A DNA stretch of 64,000 bases from Gammaproteobacteria bacterium (GTDB lineage: Bacteria > Pseudomonadota > Gammaproteobacteria > SZUA-152): the NCBI GenBank assembly GCA_024276955.1, contig JAJRWE010000033.1:54-64053 (forward strand), read 5' to 3'. Below the pieces are notes generated by a model. The model was not told the origin of the DNA and did no database searches. It saw nothing but the letters and a program-made list of their open reading frames with translations. Shown here in pieces: positions 1 to 10,365 of this stretch (the stretch's first letter is position 1; each line of letters begins with the position of its first letter). The translations under genes and the position numbers were made by a program.

Positions 1-802
1 GGCCCGAGTTATGTACACGCGGCGCCATCTCGTTGACCAGAAGCTGTCCATCGAGCTGAAAAAACTCAATCGCCAACACCCCTACATACTCCAGATGTTC
101 GAGCAGGCGCTGCGCATAATCTTCCGCCAATCCCTGCATGGGATCATCCGGCAAACTGGTGGAGAGCCGTAAAATACCCGCTTCATGCACATTTTCCGAC
201 AACGGATAGAAGGCCACCTCGCCCGACAAGCTTCTGACCGCAATGATAGAGACCTCCCGTTCAAAGGGAACGAAGCCCTCCAGGATTGCCGCCGCGCCAT
301 TGAACCCCTCCCAGGCAGCGGCCAACGGCGAAGCATCATGCAGGCGCTGCTGTCCCTTGCCGTCATAACCCAGGGTGCGGGTCTTGAGAATGGCGGGCAG
401 GCCTATTTTCGCCACCGCCTGTTGCAGATCACTTAAACTGTCTACCGCCATGAACGGCGCCGTATCGATACCCAGCTCGTTAAACAGGTTTTTCTCATGC
501 AGGCGATCCCTGGCTGTTGCCAGCGCTTGCGGTGGTGGATAGACGGGTAATTTGCCGCTTAAGTATTCCACCGCACCAGCAGGCACACTTTCGAATTCGT
601 AGGTGACCCTGTCCACTTTCCCGGCCAGGCGCTGCAGGGCGGCTTCATCGTCAAAGCCGGCACACAGATGTTCACCGAGTGGCGCCGCGCAGGCGTCGGG
701 TACGGGGCAAAGAAAAACGAACTCAACCCCCAGCGGATAACCCGCCAAAGCCAGCATGCGGGCGAGCTGACCGCCACCAAGAACACCGACCCTCATACTC
801 AT
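1..802 (-). CDS. purK: N5-carboxyaminoimidazole ribonucleotide synthase PurK (partial, C-terminus beyond window start)
   Basis: Minus-strand frame from ATG at 800-802 reads [37 protein letters not shown]...[15 protein letters not shown] (ATP-grasp PurK N-terminus). Start overlaps the purE stop (ATGA). The ORF runs off the window edge, so it is absent from the ORF track. Confidence 0.8.
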   Translation of the reverse strand, partial: MSMRVGVLGGGQLARMLALAGYPLGVEFVFLCPVPDACAAPLGEHLCAGFDDEAALQRLAGKVDRVTYEFESVPAGAVEYLSGKLPVYPPPQALATARDRLHEKNLFNELGIDTAPFMAVDSLSDLQQAVAKIGLPAILKTRTLGYDGKGQQRLHDASPLAAAWEGFNGAAAILEGFVPFEREVSIIAVRSLSGEVAFYPLSENVHEAGILRLSTSLPDDPMQGLAEDYAQRLLEHLEYVGVLAIEFFQLDGQLLVNEMAPRVHNSG

Positions 803-1293
803 GCCCCATCCCTTGGATCAGGATGGCTCAGAACCCGTTCTGTCTGACGCTCGCGATACGCCTTAAGTGCAGTGCGAATCGCTGCATGCTTGTTCCCCAA
901 CATAGCCGCCGCCAGCAGCGCTGCATTGACCGCACCGGCCCGGCCGATGGACAAAGTGCCCACCGGGATACCCGCAGGCATCTGCACGATGGACAGCAAC
1001 GAGTCCATGCCGTTGAGGGCCTTTGACTGCACCGGAATGCCAAGTACCGGTAAAGCGGTCTTGGATGCGGCCATGCCTGGCAGATGCGCCGCGCCCCCGG
1101 CCCCGGCAATAATGACTTCAATACCGCGCCCTTCCGCCTCTTCGGCATAGCGGAACAGCTTGTCCGGGGTGCGATGGGCAGAGACCACTTCGGCCTCGAA
1201 GAGCACATTCAGCTCCTCCAGGGTTTCGGCGGCATGGCGCATCGTCTCCCAGTCGGAAGTGGAACCCATGATGATGCCCACCAGTGGTTTCAT
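799..1293 (-). CDS. purE: N5-CAIR mutase PurE
   Basis: 164 aa; GSTSDWETM...[28 protein letters not shown] motifs typical of PurE; immediately upstream of purK. Confidence 0.92.
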   Translation of the reverse strand: MKPLVGIIMGSTSDWETMRHAAETLEELNVLFEAEVVSAHRTPDKLFRYAEEAEGRGIEVIIAGAGGAAHLPGMAASKTALPVLGIPVQSKALNGMDSLLSIVQMPAGIPVGTLSIGRAGAVNAALLAAAMLGNKHAAIRTALKAYRERQTERVLSHPDPRDGA

Positions 1294-1373
1294 TGTATTT
1301 CTCCTGTCATTATTATGGTGTCTCCGGACACGGAGTGCACCAAAAGTAGGCGCTTTAGGCGAGATGCTGGTTT

Positions 1374-1434
1374 CACAGTGGAATCAAGAGCTTGTGCTTT
1401 GCGCCGTGCGCCGTCATGAAGTCACGGATTGAGG
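1374..1434. repeat. Half-copy of a repeated element (cacagtggaatcaagagcttgtgctttgcgccg...tcatgaagtcacggattgagg) related to the MITE-like element at 40559-40718
   Basis: ~55 bp near-identical to 40676-40718; only one arm present here. Confidence 0.7.
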
Positions 1435-1546
1435 ATTATACCATCCCCCCGGGCGGTGCCGCATATTGGCAAATTGAAGGTAAAGCGGCAAGCCCACCAG
1501 GATCACCTTCACCTCCAGTATCACTACCATCGGCGGCATATAGGAC

Positions 1547-2788
1547 TCATAACTTATTTTTTGAGGGTCCATACCGGATCGCACCCAGGGTGAGTGTGCG
1601 CGTATCGGCAATACGCACCCTGTGCGGCAGACTGCCCTGCAACATCGCCATAACCTTCTCCGCCGTCGCCCGGTAGGCCGTCAGCTTGCCGCCATAAATT
1701 GTCAGCAAGCGAGGAGAGTCCGGGCAATCGGCGTGTAACACGATTTCACGTTGGCGCGCCGCATAGTGACCCTGACTCGCCCCTTTACCGGCAGGTAATA
1801 CCCGCAAGCCGGCAAACGCATCACGGATCCGCGGCGATGTGGAAAAATAGTGGTGATACGTATCCAGCAGATATTCCTGCTCTGCAGGCAACGGGTGTAC
1901 CTCGGCGGGGTTTCCCGTGTAGCGGGTTTCCGTGGTACCCAGCAGAATGGCGCTGCCCTCCGGATCCCCGGCAAGCTGCCAGGGGATGGCAAATACCGGG
2001 CGCCGATCCCGGGGGGATTGCAGATAATAGGCGCCGCGACCCAGCCTGCCGTCCAACACCAGATGAGTACCTTGCACCAGCTCAACGTCCACCGTGCTCG
2101 CCGCTGGGGTGATGCGCGCCAGTACCTCGTTCACCCAGGGGCCGGCGGCATTCACTATCACGGTTGCCGTACAGATGTGTTCCTGTCCATGCTGCCGGTA
2201 ACGTACCCGCCAGTACGCTTCCTGCCCATTCTCAAGCCTGGACGCGGCAACAAACGTGGCCTGTGTTTTGGTCCGCGCACCCAAGGCCTGGGCGGAAGCC
2301 ATCACCGCGCGCGTCAATGCCGCATCATCGGTTTGTGCATCTTGATACTGGAATACCGCCCGCAGCCCAGCGGTTTTGAGCCCATCCAGCACCTCCCACT
2401 CACGGCGTGGAAGGCGATGAAAACGTGTATCTCGCCCAGCGCCGCCCAACAGGGAATAGAGGGTGAGGCCCGCCCACACCCGCCAGCGGCTGCGTGTCGA
2501 GTCGGCATAAATAGGGATAATAAACGGGCGCAACCTCACCAGCCCTGGGGCATTTTTCAACAGCAACGCGCGCTCATGCAGGCACTCCCGCACCAGCGAA
2601 AACTGCCCGTACTCAAGATAACGCAGACCACCATGAATCAGTTTACTGGAACGGCTCGATGTACCACTGGCCAGCTCGCCTTGTTCCAGCACCAGGGCAC
2701 GGTAACCGGCCGCCGCCGCAGCCTGCGCAACGCCGACACCGTGAATACCGCCGCCAATGATCAGCAGGTCGTAGTGTTCATTGTCCAT
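1547..2788 (-). CDS. FAD-dependent oxidoreductase, glycerol-3-phosphate dehydrogenase (GlpA/GlpD) family, short form
   Basis: 413 aa; N-terminal DLLIIGGGIHGVGVAQAAAAAG dinucleotide-binding fold and GlpD-like conserved blocks; 413 aa is shorter than canonical ~500 aa GlpD. Confidence 0.75.
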   Translation of the reverse strand: MDNEHYDLLIIGGGIHGVGVAQAAAAAGYRALVLEQGELASGTSSRSSKLIHGGLRYLEYGQFSLVRECLHERALLLKNAPGLVRLRPFIIPIYADSTRSRWRVWAGLTLYSLLGGAGRDTRFHRLPRREWEVLDGLKTAGLRAVFQYQDAQTDDAALTRAVMASAQALGARTKTQATFVAASRLENGQEAYWRVRYRQHGQEHICTATVIVNAAGPWVNEVLARITPAASTVDVELVQGTHLVLDGRLGRGAYYLQSPRDRRPVFAIPWQLAGDPEGSAILLGTTETRYTGNPAEVHPLPAEQEYLLDTYHHYFSTSPRIRDAFAGLRVLPAGKGASQGHYAARQREIVLHADCPDSPRLLTIYGGKLTAYRATAEKVMAMLQGSLPHRVRIADTRTLTLGAIRYGPSKNKL

Positions 2789-2828
2789 TGTTTTTCCCGG
2801 CCGGCCTGTGCGTTGAGCCTAGATTAAT

Positions 2829-3599
2829 CTAGGTTGAAACATCCGCCACCTGCAATCGAGGGGCATGCATCATGGCGCCAATATCCCAGGTCTCGATCAA
2901 CTGCGCACCGCGTGAAAACCAGTGCAGCGCCTGCGCCGGATCCACCACATCATACAGTGCCCACGACCAGACGCCCGGCCACAGTGCCTCCTTTTTCGGT
3001 ATCTTCTTGTAGTTACAGAACAGTACATCCGGCATCAGCCATTCGGCCTGTTGACGGGCGGCACCTTTCCACGCCGACAGCACCCAGCCAATACGCGGCA
3101 TACCGGCATCCCGAGCCAGCTGTAAGACCTCGGCATTAAAGGATATCAATATGCAGTTATGCTGAAAGGGCGCCAGCTCAGACGCCATGCGTTGCGCCAC
3201 CATGGCGGCGCCAAAATGTGCCACCGAGCCTTGCTTGATTTCCACAAACGCGGTCGCATCCGGCCATTGCGACAACAACCGCAGGGCATCTGCCAGGCTG
3301 GGTATCGGTTCATCAGCGAAGCGATCGCCAAACCGTTTTGCCTCGCTGGCCCGCAATGGCGCCAGCTGCGCAGCCGTTAGCCGATGGATGTTGCCGCTGA
3401 CGCCCGTGACCCGTTGCAGTTTGTCGTCGTGAAACACCACCGGCACCCCGTCGGCGGTAAATTGCACATCGAACTCCACATACCGTGCGCCGATAGCCAA
3501 CGCCGCCTGCAAGGCGGCCAGGGTATTCTCGGGATAACACTGACTGTAGCCACGGTGGGCCACCAGGCGATGGGTCAGGGGTTGTGCGGGCGTGTTCAT
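2829..3599 (-). CDS. Glycerophosphodiester phosphodiesterase family protein (GDPD/UgpQ-like)
   Basis: 256 aa; HRGYSQCYPENTLAALQAALAIGARYVEFDVQFTADGVPVVFHD matches GDPD catalytic N-terminus. Confidence 0.8.
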   Translation of the reverse strand: MNTPAQPLTHRLVAHRGYSQCYPENTLAALQAALAIGARYVEFDVQFTADGVPVVFHDDKLQRVTGVSGNIHRLTAAQLAPLRASEAKRFGDRFADEPIPSLADALRLLSQWPDATAFVEIKQGSVAHFGAAMVAQRMASELAPFQHNCILISFNAEVLQLARDAGMPRIGWVLSAWKGAARQQAEWLMPDVLFCNYKKIPKKEALWPGVWSWALYDVVDPAQALHWFSRGAQLIETWDIGAMMHAPRLQVADVST

Positions 3600-3610
3600 G
3601 GGTCGGCCTT

Positions 3611-5068
3611 TTACTCTGCGTCCACTTTATCAGCACTCACTGCCGCGAGCAGGGCACTGTGCCAGTGCCGGTAACGCACATCCAGCGAACGATTATTCTG
3701 TGGCACAAAACGGCAGGCTTCGCCCCTGCTGCCCCACACCTGGCCAGGCCTGGCCAGCAGATACGCCAAGCCCTTTGCCGTCGCCTCCGTTTGCGACGCT
3801 CGCTCCACCGGCAACTGGCTGATATCGGCCAGTCGCTGACACAGCCCATCCAGCACCGACAGACCACCACTGATCTTAATACCTTGCAGCGGCACACCGG
3901 CACGTGCCATTTCTTGCAGATTGAGCGATAACAAGAACACGATGCTCTCCAGCACCGCGACCATTTTCTCCGGCGGCATTGCCGTATTGGCGTGCGGCCC
4001 GACAAATCGTGAGGCAAACTGCGGCAACCAGAACGGCGAACCCAGGCCAGAAACCCCATTCAGGTACAGCGGAATATTTTTTGCCGCCGCCAGCCAATGG
4101 GCGTATTGGCTCTGTGTATCCCGTGCAGAAATACCCAGTTCGTTTGCCACCGTCAGCAGTGCGCTGCCCGCGCCATTCACCGTGGCCTCCAGCACCTGAA
4201 GCGAATGCCCCGCATCATCCCAGACCACACTGCGTAACAAATTGGCCTGCGCCGGATTTTCCGCTTCGCTTGCAGACGAAGCGGTGAGGCATTGCACAAA
4301 GGCGCCGGTACCGATATTGACGTAGGCGATATCCGCCTCGGGCTTTCCGCCCGCAAACAAGGCGGCCGACTGGTCTCCCGTGCACACCGTCAGGGGGATT
4401 GGGACACCGGCCATGTCCAGTTCGCCAAAGCGATAGCGATTGGCGACGCCCTGTGGCAGATAATCGTCCGTCATCCCAAACAGCTGCAACAGCTCTGCGG
4501 ACCAGTGGCGTTGCCGCCAGTCCCACAACAAGGTCCGTGAGGCATTGACGGAATCCACCACAAAGGGATGCGCCTTCAACAAACGAAACAACAGAAAACT
4601 CGCCAGCGGGCCACAGGCAAGGCGGCCCCGCTTGCGCACGGCCTGCACCTCGGCCAGCTGTTCGAGGCACCAGTGTATTTTACTGACGCCATAATGCGCA
4701 CTGGGCAACAGGCCGGTGATGTCGCGAATCCGCGCCCGCTGCGCGGCAAATTGCTGCATCCAGCCCTGTGCGCGACGATCCTGCCAGCTGATGGCCGGTG
4801 ACAGCACGGCGCCGGTCTGACGATCCCAGCAGACAATATTGGAACGCTGCGTGGCCAGCCCCGCCGCACGGATGCGACGACAATCCGCGCCGAGTTGTTC
4901 GGCCATATCGGCAAGGGCCAGGCGTAGCGACTGCTCTATCTCATCCGCATCCTGCTCTACCCAACCCGGCTGCGGCTGGTGCGCACCCACCGCCCGCACA
5001 GCACTGGCAAGCTGTACCCCACGCCCATCGAACACGACCACCCGGCTGGCGTGCCCGCCCTGGTCCAT
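3611..5068 (-). CDS. FGGY-family carbohydrate kinase (glycerol kinase-like)
   Basis: 485 aa; MDQGGHASRVVVFD...QPGWVEQDADEIEQS aligns with the GlpK DQGTTSSR...KPGWVEHDPMEIW block; co-directional with the GDPD and GlpD-like genes. Confidence 0.75.
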   Translation of the reverse strand: MDQGGHASRVVVFDGRGVQLASAVRAVGAHQPQPGWVEQDADEIEQSLRLALADMAEQLGADCRRIRAAGLATQRSNIVCWDRQTGAVLSPAISWQDRRAQGWMQQFAAQRARIRDITGLLPSAHYGVSKIHWCLEQLAEVQAVRKRGRLACGPLASFLLFRLLKAHPFVVDSVNASRTLLWDWRQRHWSAELLQLFGMTDDYLPQGVANRYRFGELDMAGVPIPLTVCTGDQSAALFAGGKPEADIAYVNIGTGAFVQCLTASSASEAENPAQANLLRSVVWDDAGHSLQVLEATVNGAGSALLTVANELGISARDTQSQYAHWLAAAKNIPLYLNGVSGLGSPFWLPQFASRFVGPHANTAMPPEKMVAVLESIVFLLSLNLQEMARAGVPLQGIKISGGLSVLDGLCQRLADISQLPVERASQTEATAKGLAYLLARPGQVWGSRGEACRFVPQNNRSLDVRYRHWHSALLAAVSADKVDAE

Positions 5069-5285
5069 GGCCAGAAACCACCCACCCTCAGCACTGACGT
5101 CGATAAGAACCCCTCCGCGAAATTCTCCGCAACACCTTGTTCATTACAAGTATAGAGCCCCCAGCCTGATGGCATCGGCCACACCACCATAGACTATTTC
5201 AGCGAAGATAAGGAATGTACACGTTCCTGGGGTCGGCACGCCCTCAGCCATGTTGAGTGCTGGAAAAATTAAATTTAATCGGAAT

Positions 5286-8200
5286 TCAGGTCATCGGGGA
5301 AGCATAAACCGGCGACGGCAGCATTGGGTAGGTGCGATACACATGCCTGAACACCTCCTCTGCTCTTTTGTTCACATCGTCCTCCGTGTACGCGTCAACG
5401 GGGAGCCCCGTTTCATCGCCCCACAGATAATCATGTATCGTAACTCGCACCGCATCACGGGTGGCTTCCTTGTCACGCCAGTGGTCAATGCGTAGCTTTT
5501 CTTCTTTCAGCCGCTCCAGTAACTGCGCCGCAACCTTCTTGATTTTCTTAATTTCTGTCGACTGCAAATCGGGCTTCTTCAAAAGATCGAAAATCGCCAA
5601 CGACTCTTCATCCAGCCCTTCACGAACGGCACGGTGTTCCTCTTCATCGAGCGCCTGAACAAGACTGAACAGCGCTTCAAAGGTTTTTTCGATCGTCGCC
5701 CGGTCTTTCTCTCGATTGTACCCAGCAACAATATTCTCGTAGTGCTGCTGAAAATCGGTGCGCAAAGGGTTTTGTTGCAAGAGGCGCTGCAATCGCTGTT
5801 CCACGGCCTGACGCAGGTTCTGCACGGTCGTATTTTTTGCTGAATGATGCCCAAACTCCTTGCGCAACAAATCAAAATCAATCTTGCTGATGTCATACGG
5901 CACAGGCTCCTCGCCCACGCACTCCGGCTGCACCTCGATCGCCTCATCCACCACCTGGTGCAACTGCCGAATAATGCCGCTGATATCCGCCTGCTCACGA
6001 TCCTGTTGCAGGCTCTTGTAAACAATGTTGATCGCATCTCTATCCGACCGATGAGCATTGATGCCCTGAACATTGATACAGGCCTTGAATTTCTTGAATA
6101 CCTCCCGGCACATCACCTCGAAGCGTTTACGACTCTCGTCACTCTCGTTGGCCGCTTCCTTGCAGGCGACGATGGCGGCATTGCGCTCAAAGCCGGTCTT
6201 TTGAATGATGTCATCAAGTGTAGCGGCCTGGCCTTCGAGAAACATTCGCACCAAAGCAATGGCCTCGGCCAGATCCGCCAGCAACTCCTCATCCGGCCGT
6301 GCCGGGTCGATCGCGCCACCCTCGCCCTCTGGCTGGGTACCCGCGAAGGTCGCCAGCGCCTTGCGCAGGTGCTTGAGAATGCCGCAGTAATCTACGATCA
6401 AACCGTTGTTCTTTCCCTCGTTGACGCGATTGGCACGCGCGATGGCCTGCATCAAGGTATGGGCCTTGAGGGGCTTATCCAAGTAGAGCGTGGCAAGGCT
6501 CGGCACATCAAAGCCAGTCAGCCACATGGCGCAGACAATCGCCACGCGCAGCGGATGCTCCTGCGCCTTGAAGGCATCGTCCAGCGCCATGGTCTGCATA
6601 TTTCGATACTCGGGCTTCTCTCGCATCGACTCGGGCAGATCGATACCCTCCTTCATCAGCCGGCGATGCGGGGTGATGTCCAGACCCCACTGGCGGAACT
6701 TGTCTACCTCGCCCTGCTCCTCACTCACCACCACCGCCATGCGGGTCTCGCGCATCCAGTCGAGCTGGCGACGGCGGAACAGCTCTTCCTGTTCATCGTC
6801 GATGGTTGCCAGCCCTTTTTCCAACTCACTGATTCGTTCGTCCCAGTAGAAGCCAATCAGCCGGTGCATGCGCACGCAGGTTACCTTGTCGATGCACACC
6901 AGCATCGCCTTGCCGGTCTCCCACGCGGTGGCGTAGTGCTGCACGAAGTCCCGCGCCACCTGATCGAGCCGCTTGTCGGCGGTGATAATGTGGTAGTCGC
7001 GCTTGAGTTCCCGCTCCAGCCGCTGCTCGACATCGATGTCATCGGCCTCCAACGCTTCCAGCTTTTCAGCAATACGTTCGTTGAGGTCACCGATGGCCAC
7101 GCCCAGCTTCTCGCCACGGGCATCGTAGTACAGCGGCACCGTGGCCTTGTCCTCCACCGCGCGCTGAAAGTCGTAGGTGGAAACATACTCGCCAAAGACC
7201 CGACGGGTGATCTCGTCGTCTTTGAACAGCGGCGTGCCGGTAAAACCGATATAACTGGCATTAGGCAGTGCATTGCGCAGATTGAGCGCCAGTGTGCCGT
7301 ACTGAGTGCGGTGTGCTTCATCGGTAATCACGATGATGTCATCACGCTCACTATAGGGCTGCTCCGGCTCGACCTTTTGATTAAACTTCTGAATCAGCGA
7401 GAAGATGTAAGCCTTGTGCTGGGTCAGCAACGTATTCAGATGACGGCCACTGGCCGCCCGGCACGGTTCCTGCTCACTCACCACGCCGCAATTGGCAAAG
7501 GTCTTGTAGATCTGGGTATCGAGATCGTCACGGTCGGTCAATACCAGAAAGGTAAAGTTGCCACCGAGCTTGCGGTGCACCTTGCGGGTAAACATCACCA
7601 TGGAATAGCTCTTGCCCGAGCCCTGGGTATGCCAGAACACACCCAGCTTTCCCTGCCGTGCCTTGCGCTCGCGCACGGAATCGATGGCGCGATTGACACC
7701 CAAAAACTGGTGGTTGCGGGCGATGATCTTCTTCGGCTCACCGGTGGTCTCATCGAACAGAATGAAGTTCTCCAGAAAGTCGAGAAAATTGCCCTTGTCA
7801 CACACGCCCTTGAGCAGTGTTTCCATGTCCACCGCCCCCGGGGCATCCTCGGCCAGGCGCTTCCACTCGTTGAAATGTTCCCAACGGCTGGTCATGGAGC
7901 CGATCTTGGCTTGCTCACCGTTACCAAACATCACGATGGCGTTGTGGTGGAACAGGTGTGGAACGGTATCGAGATAGTCGGAGAAGTTTTGTTCGAAGGC
8001 GGTCTTGAGATTCTTGTGAATGTTTTTGCATTCGATGAACAGCAGCGGCAAGCCATTGATGAAGCCAACGATATCCGCCCGCCGTCGGTAGAGATCACCG
8101 CGCACCCACAGCTCGCGCACGCAGAGAAAATCGTTGTTCTCTGGCTCATCGAAGTCAAGCACCCGCAGCCGCTGACGTACCCGCTCGCCGGTATCGTTGC

Positions 8201-8516
8201 GAAAGGTTACCTGCACACCATCACGCAACTGGTCGTATTTCTCGCGATTGGTGGCCACTAGCGGCTGCGAGGCGACGATGGCAGTCATCTGCCGCACGGC
8301 ATCGTCATAGGCCGCATCCGGCAGGCCCGGATTCAGTGACACCAGCTTCTCGCGCAGCGTTCGTGTCAGCACCACCTCACGATCAGAAGTACGACCCAAA
8401 AGGCTATCCGGCCCGAAGTCCTCGTTGTTCCAGGCATACACCGACCGCCAACCGAGCTGCTGTTCCAGATAGTTGGCGGTGGTCTGCTGGACGAGGGTGT
8501 CTTCGGTGTAGTTCAT
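5286..8516 (-). CDS. hsdR: Type I restriction enzyme R subunit HsdR
   Basis: 1076 aa; SF2 helicase/HsdR motifs (GSGKSYSMV, VITDEAHRTQYG, FTGTPLFKDDEITRRVFGEYV, QAIARANR); last gene of the hsdM-hsdS...hsdR minus-strand array. Confidence 0.92.
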   Translation of the reverse strand: MNYTEDTLVQQTTANYLEQQLGWRSVYAWNNEDFGPDSLLGRTSDREVVLTRTLREKLVSLNPGLPDAAYDDAVRQMTAIVASQPLVATNREKYDQLRDGVQVTFRNDTGERVRQRLRVLDFDEPENNDFLCVRELWVRGDLYRRRADIVGFINGLPLLFIECKNIHKNLKTAFEQNFSDYLDTVPHLFHHNAIVMFGNGEQAKIGSMTSRWEHFNEWKRLAEDAPGAVDMETLLKGVCDKGNFLDFLENFILFDETTGEPKKIIARNHQFLGVNRAIDSVRERKARQGKLGVFWHTQGSGKSYSMVMFTRKVHRKLGGNFTFLVLTDRDDLDTQIYKTFANCGVVSEQEPCRAASGRHLNTLLTQHKAYIFSLIQKFNQKVEPEQPYSERDDIIVITDEAHRTQYGTLALNLRNALPNASYIGFTGTPLFKDDEITRRVFGEYVSTYDFQRAVEDKATVPLYYDARGEKLGVAIGDLNERIAEKLEALEADDIDVEQRLERELKRDYHIITADKRLDQVARDFVQHYATAWETGKAMLVCIDKVTCVRMHRLIGFYWDERISELEKGLATIDDEQEELFRRRQLDWMRETRMAVVVSEEQGEVDKFRQWGLDITPHRRLMKEGIDLPESMREKPEYRNMQTMALDDAFKAQEHPLRVAIVCAMWLTGFDVPSLATLYLDKPLKAHTLMQAIARANRVNEGKNNGLIVDYCGILKHLRKALATFAGTQPEGEGGAIDPARPDEELLADLAEAIALVRMFLEGQAATLDDIIQKTGFERNAAIVACKEAANESDESRKRFEVMCREVFKKFKACINVQGINAHRSDRDAINIVYKSLQQDREQADISGIIRQLHQVVDEAIEVQPECVGEEPVPYDISKIDFDLLRKEFGHHSAKNTTVQNLRQAVEQRLQRLLQQNPLRTDFQQHYENIVAGYNREKDRATIEKTFEALFSLVQALDEEEHRAVREGLDEESLAIFDLLKKPDLQSTEIKKIKKVAAQLLERLKEEKLRIDHWRDKEATRDAVRVTIHDYLWGDETGLPVDAYTEDDVNKRAEEVFRHVYRTYPMLPSPVYASPMT

Positions 8517-8525
8517 GCCTGGCGA

Positions 8526-8894
8526 TCAGTCCTTGCCATAAGCCAGTGTCAGTGAATCGGCCACCTTTCGCAGGCGCTTGTCCCGTGTCCACAGTTGCGC
8601 CGAACCGGCCAAGGCCACCGCCGCCAACAGGTGAGCATCCACATAACCAATACCTCGCCCCATCAGTGCATGCCGTTCGATGAAAAACCGCACTTCGTCA
8701 TCCGTAGCGACCGTCACATGCGGCAGATCATTGAGCAGCGCCAACACCTCATCCCGGTTGCCAAGGTTGCCGCAGGCCAGCTCCCCCAGCACAAAGGGGT
8801 GCATCAGCACTTGGCTGTGATTCAACAGAGCGGCCAGGTCTTTGTCACCGACGCGCAGGTGATCGATCCAGACCGAGGTATCAACCAGGATCAT
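8526..8894 (-). CDS. vapC: PIN-domain toxin VapC
   Basis: Probable start MILVDTSVWIDHL (internal Met of the 151 aa ORF); PIN acidic residues; overlaps vapB by 14 nt. Confidence 0.85.
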   Translation of the reverse strand: MILVDTSVWIDHLRVGDKDLAALLNHSQVLMHPFVLGELACGNLGNRDEVLALLNDLPHVTVATDDEVRFFIERHALMGRGIGYVDAHLLAAVALAGSAQLWTRDKRLRKVADSLTLAYGKD

Positions 8895-9087
8895 GCTGGC
8901 CAGACTGTCTACGGGAGACCGGCTCCAACTGCGGTTCGCTGCCACCCAAGCGCGCCAGCCGCCGGGCACTTTCGCGCTCAATCAGTGCGCGCAGCCCCTC
9001 CCGCACCAGCGCGGTTTTTTCGGTCACACCGGTAATGCGCTGGGCTTCATCCAGCAATTGGTCATCAATATTCAGGGTCGTGCGCAT
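8881..9087 (-). CDS. vapB: VapB-family antitoxin
   Basis: 68 aa; MRTTLNIDDQLLDEAQRITGVTEKTALVREGLRALIERE typical of the VapB/PSK antitoxin family; directly upstream of vapC. Confidence 0.75.
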   Translation of the reverse strand: MRTTLNIDDQLLDEAQRITGVTEKTALVREGLRALIERESARRLARLGGSEPQLEPVSRRQSGQHDPG

Positions 9088-9265
9088 GGCAACACCTCAT
9101 TCAGTCACGATATACACCAAACAATACATCACATGATGCTGTTTGTCGTGCCTGGAAAGCTGTTGGATTTAGGGCCTGACGGATCAAGGTCTTGCCCAGA
9201 AGATCCATCGCCTGCCTGATAGACTTTGCCATCGGCAGCAGTTGTTGCATTTTCGGCGTAATCCA

Positions 9266-9610
9266 TCAGTCAACGTCATCCGCCTCGTTCAGCATCTCAC
9301 GAATACATTCTTCAAGCGGTGGCAAGTGCCCGTCGATTACCGCGGCTATTGTGAGAGGATCAATAGTACCCAGATAGTTATGCACGAGAATGTTCCGAAA
9401 ACCGCTGATCTCACGCCACGGGATAGCCTGCTAGCGCGCTTTCATCTCCTGCGGCAACAACTGCGTGGCTTCAGACAGTGTTTGCAAATTTCGCAAGGCG
9501 GCGTCATACAGCACCTCATCCTGGGTAAGATCACCGCGCTCCCGGATACGCCGAATCTTCGCAATGGCATCAAGAATATGCAGAGCGTAAGGCTGCCAGG
9601 GCTTTTTCAT
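9266..9610 (-). pseudogene. HepT-family (DUF86) toxin gene interrupted by an in-frame TAG
   Basis: Minus-frame translation MKKPWQPYALHILDAIAKIRRIRERGDLTQDEVLYDAALRNLQTLSEATQLLPQEMKAR*QAIPWREISGFRNILVHNYLGTIDPLTIAAVIDGHLPPLEECIREMLNEADDVD. The HepT Rx4HxY motif (RNILVHNY) lies after the amber codon (plus-strand cta at 9431-9433). The ATG overlaps the MNT stop (ATGA). Confidence 0.65.
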
Positions 9611-9897
9611 AACTCCACGGCTTCCTTTAAAACCTGCTCGCGAATATGGCGGTTGAGTTCATGCTCCGGGATGAGTTCCACCCGGCGCTTGAGCAAATCC
9701 GCCAGCTGTTCGGTCAGGGGCAAACGTTGGGCAAACAGGTCATAGCCCCGCGGCAACTCCACCAGAAAATCCACATCACTGTCAGGCCGCTCTTCGCCTC
9801 TGGCAACCGACCCAAATACCCGTATGTGCCGAGCACCATAGCGGCTGACCAATTCGGTGATGACCTCTCTTTTTGCATGCAATTCATCGATTAGCAT
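9607..9897 (-). CDS. Nucleotidyltransferase-family antitoxin (MNT)
   Basis: 96 aa; RVFGSVARGEERPDSDVDFLVE minimal nucleotidyltransferase motif; paired with the downstream HepT-like gene. Confidence 0.8.
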   Translation of the reverse strand: MLIDELHAKREVITELVSRYGARHIRVFGSVARGEERPDSDVDFLVELPRGYDLFAQRLPLTEQLADLLKRRVELIPEHELNRHIREQVLKEAVEL

Positions 9898-10065
9898 AGC
9901 AACCCCTGGCTCGTGTAACTCGTTTCAAAAATATTAGTATGCCCACATTCCGAAATAATGGCATCCAGATTGTCATGTTTGCGTTGCCGCCGAACTTGTC
10001 GTGCAGGTTTGCTGGACGAGGCTGTCTTCGGTGTCGGCCGTTAATGTCATGACTCGATGCCTTCC

Positions 10066-10365
10066 CTATCTGTTTCTATCGAACATTCTATTGGCAATCC
10101 AGCAAGATTTACCGAGCCCAACACAGTTATAACTCACTGATAATAAAAATTTATCTTCCCAAGAAGGGAGTCTATCAAGCAAAACAATCATGATTTCGGG
10201 CTGATTTGACAATATTGTGTTCAATAGCCCTTCGAGCCAACCTAGCATCGTCGCAGCATCTGATAACCTAGCTCCAAAATTATCCTGCACAGGATCCAGA
10301 CTACACTGGCTTCTGACCAAAAATTCTAAACTCCTTACACCTCCGGATAAACATGTCGAGGGCAA
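10066..10365 (-). CDS. Hypothetical small protein (low-GC, overlaps 3' end of the TOPRIM-like gene)
   Basis: 99 aa ORF in an AT-rich stretch; no recognisable motif; possibly a third component of the inserted module, or non-coding. Confidence 0.2.
   Translation of the reverse strand: MPSTCLSGGVRSLEFLVRSQCSLDPVQDNFGARLSDAATMLGWLEGLLNTILSNQPEIMIVLLDRLPSWEDKFLLSVSYNCVGLGKSCWIANRMFDRNR

Noticed and set aside
4957-5190. 77 aa minus-strand ORF upstream of the FGGY kinase, which might have extended the kinase N-terminus
   Set aside because: It is in a different frame from the kinase, and in-frame stops (taa/tga) lie just upstream of the kinase ATG, so the kinase starts at 5068.
5100-5290. Search for an att-type direct repeat of the tRNA(CAU) 3' end at the far edge of the RM island
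   Set aside because: No convincing copy of the tRNA 3' segment (tggtgggcccgcacggactcgaacc) found near 5.1-5.3 kb or elsewhere in the island. Only weak similarities, so precise island boundaries remain unassigned.
5844-8261. 805 aa ORF on the plus strand antisense to hsdR
   Set aside because: Leu/Arg/Ala-rich low-complexity translation with no motifs. The opposite strand encodes a full-length HsdR with all helicase and nuclease motifs, so this is a GC-driven shadow ORF.
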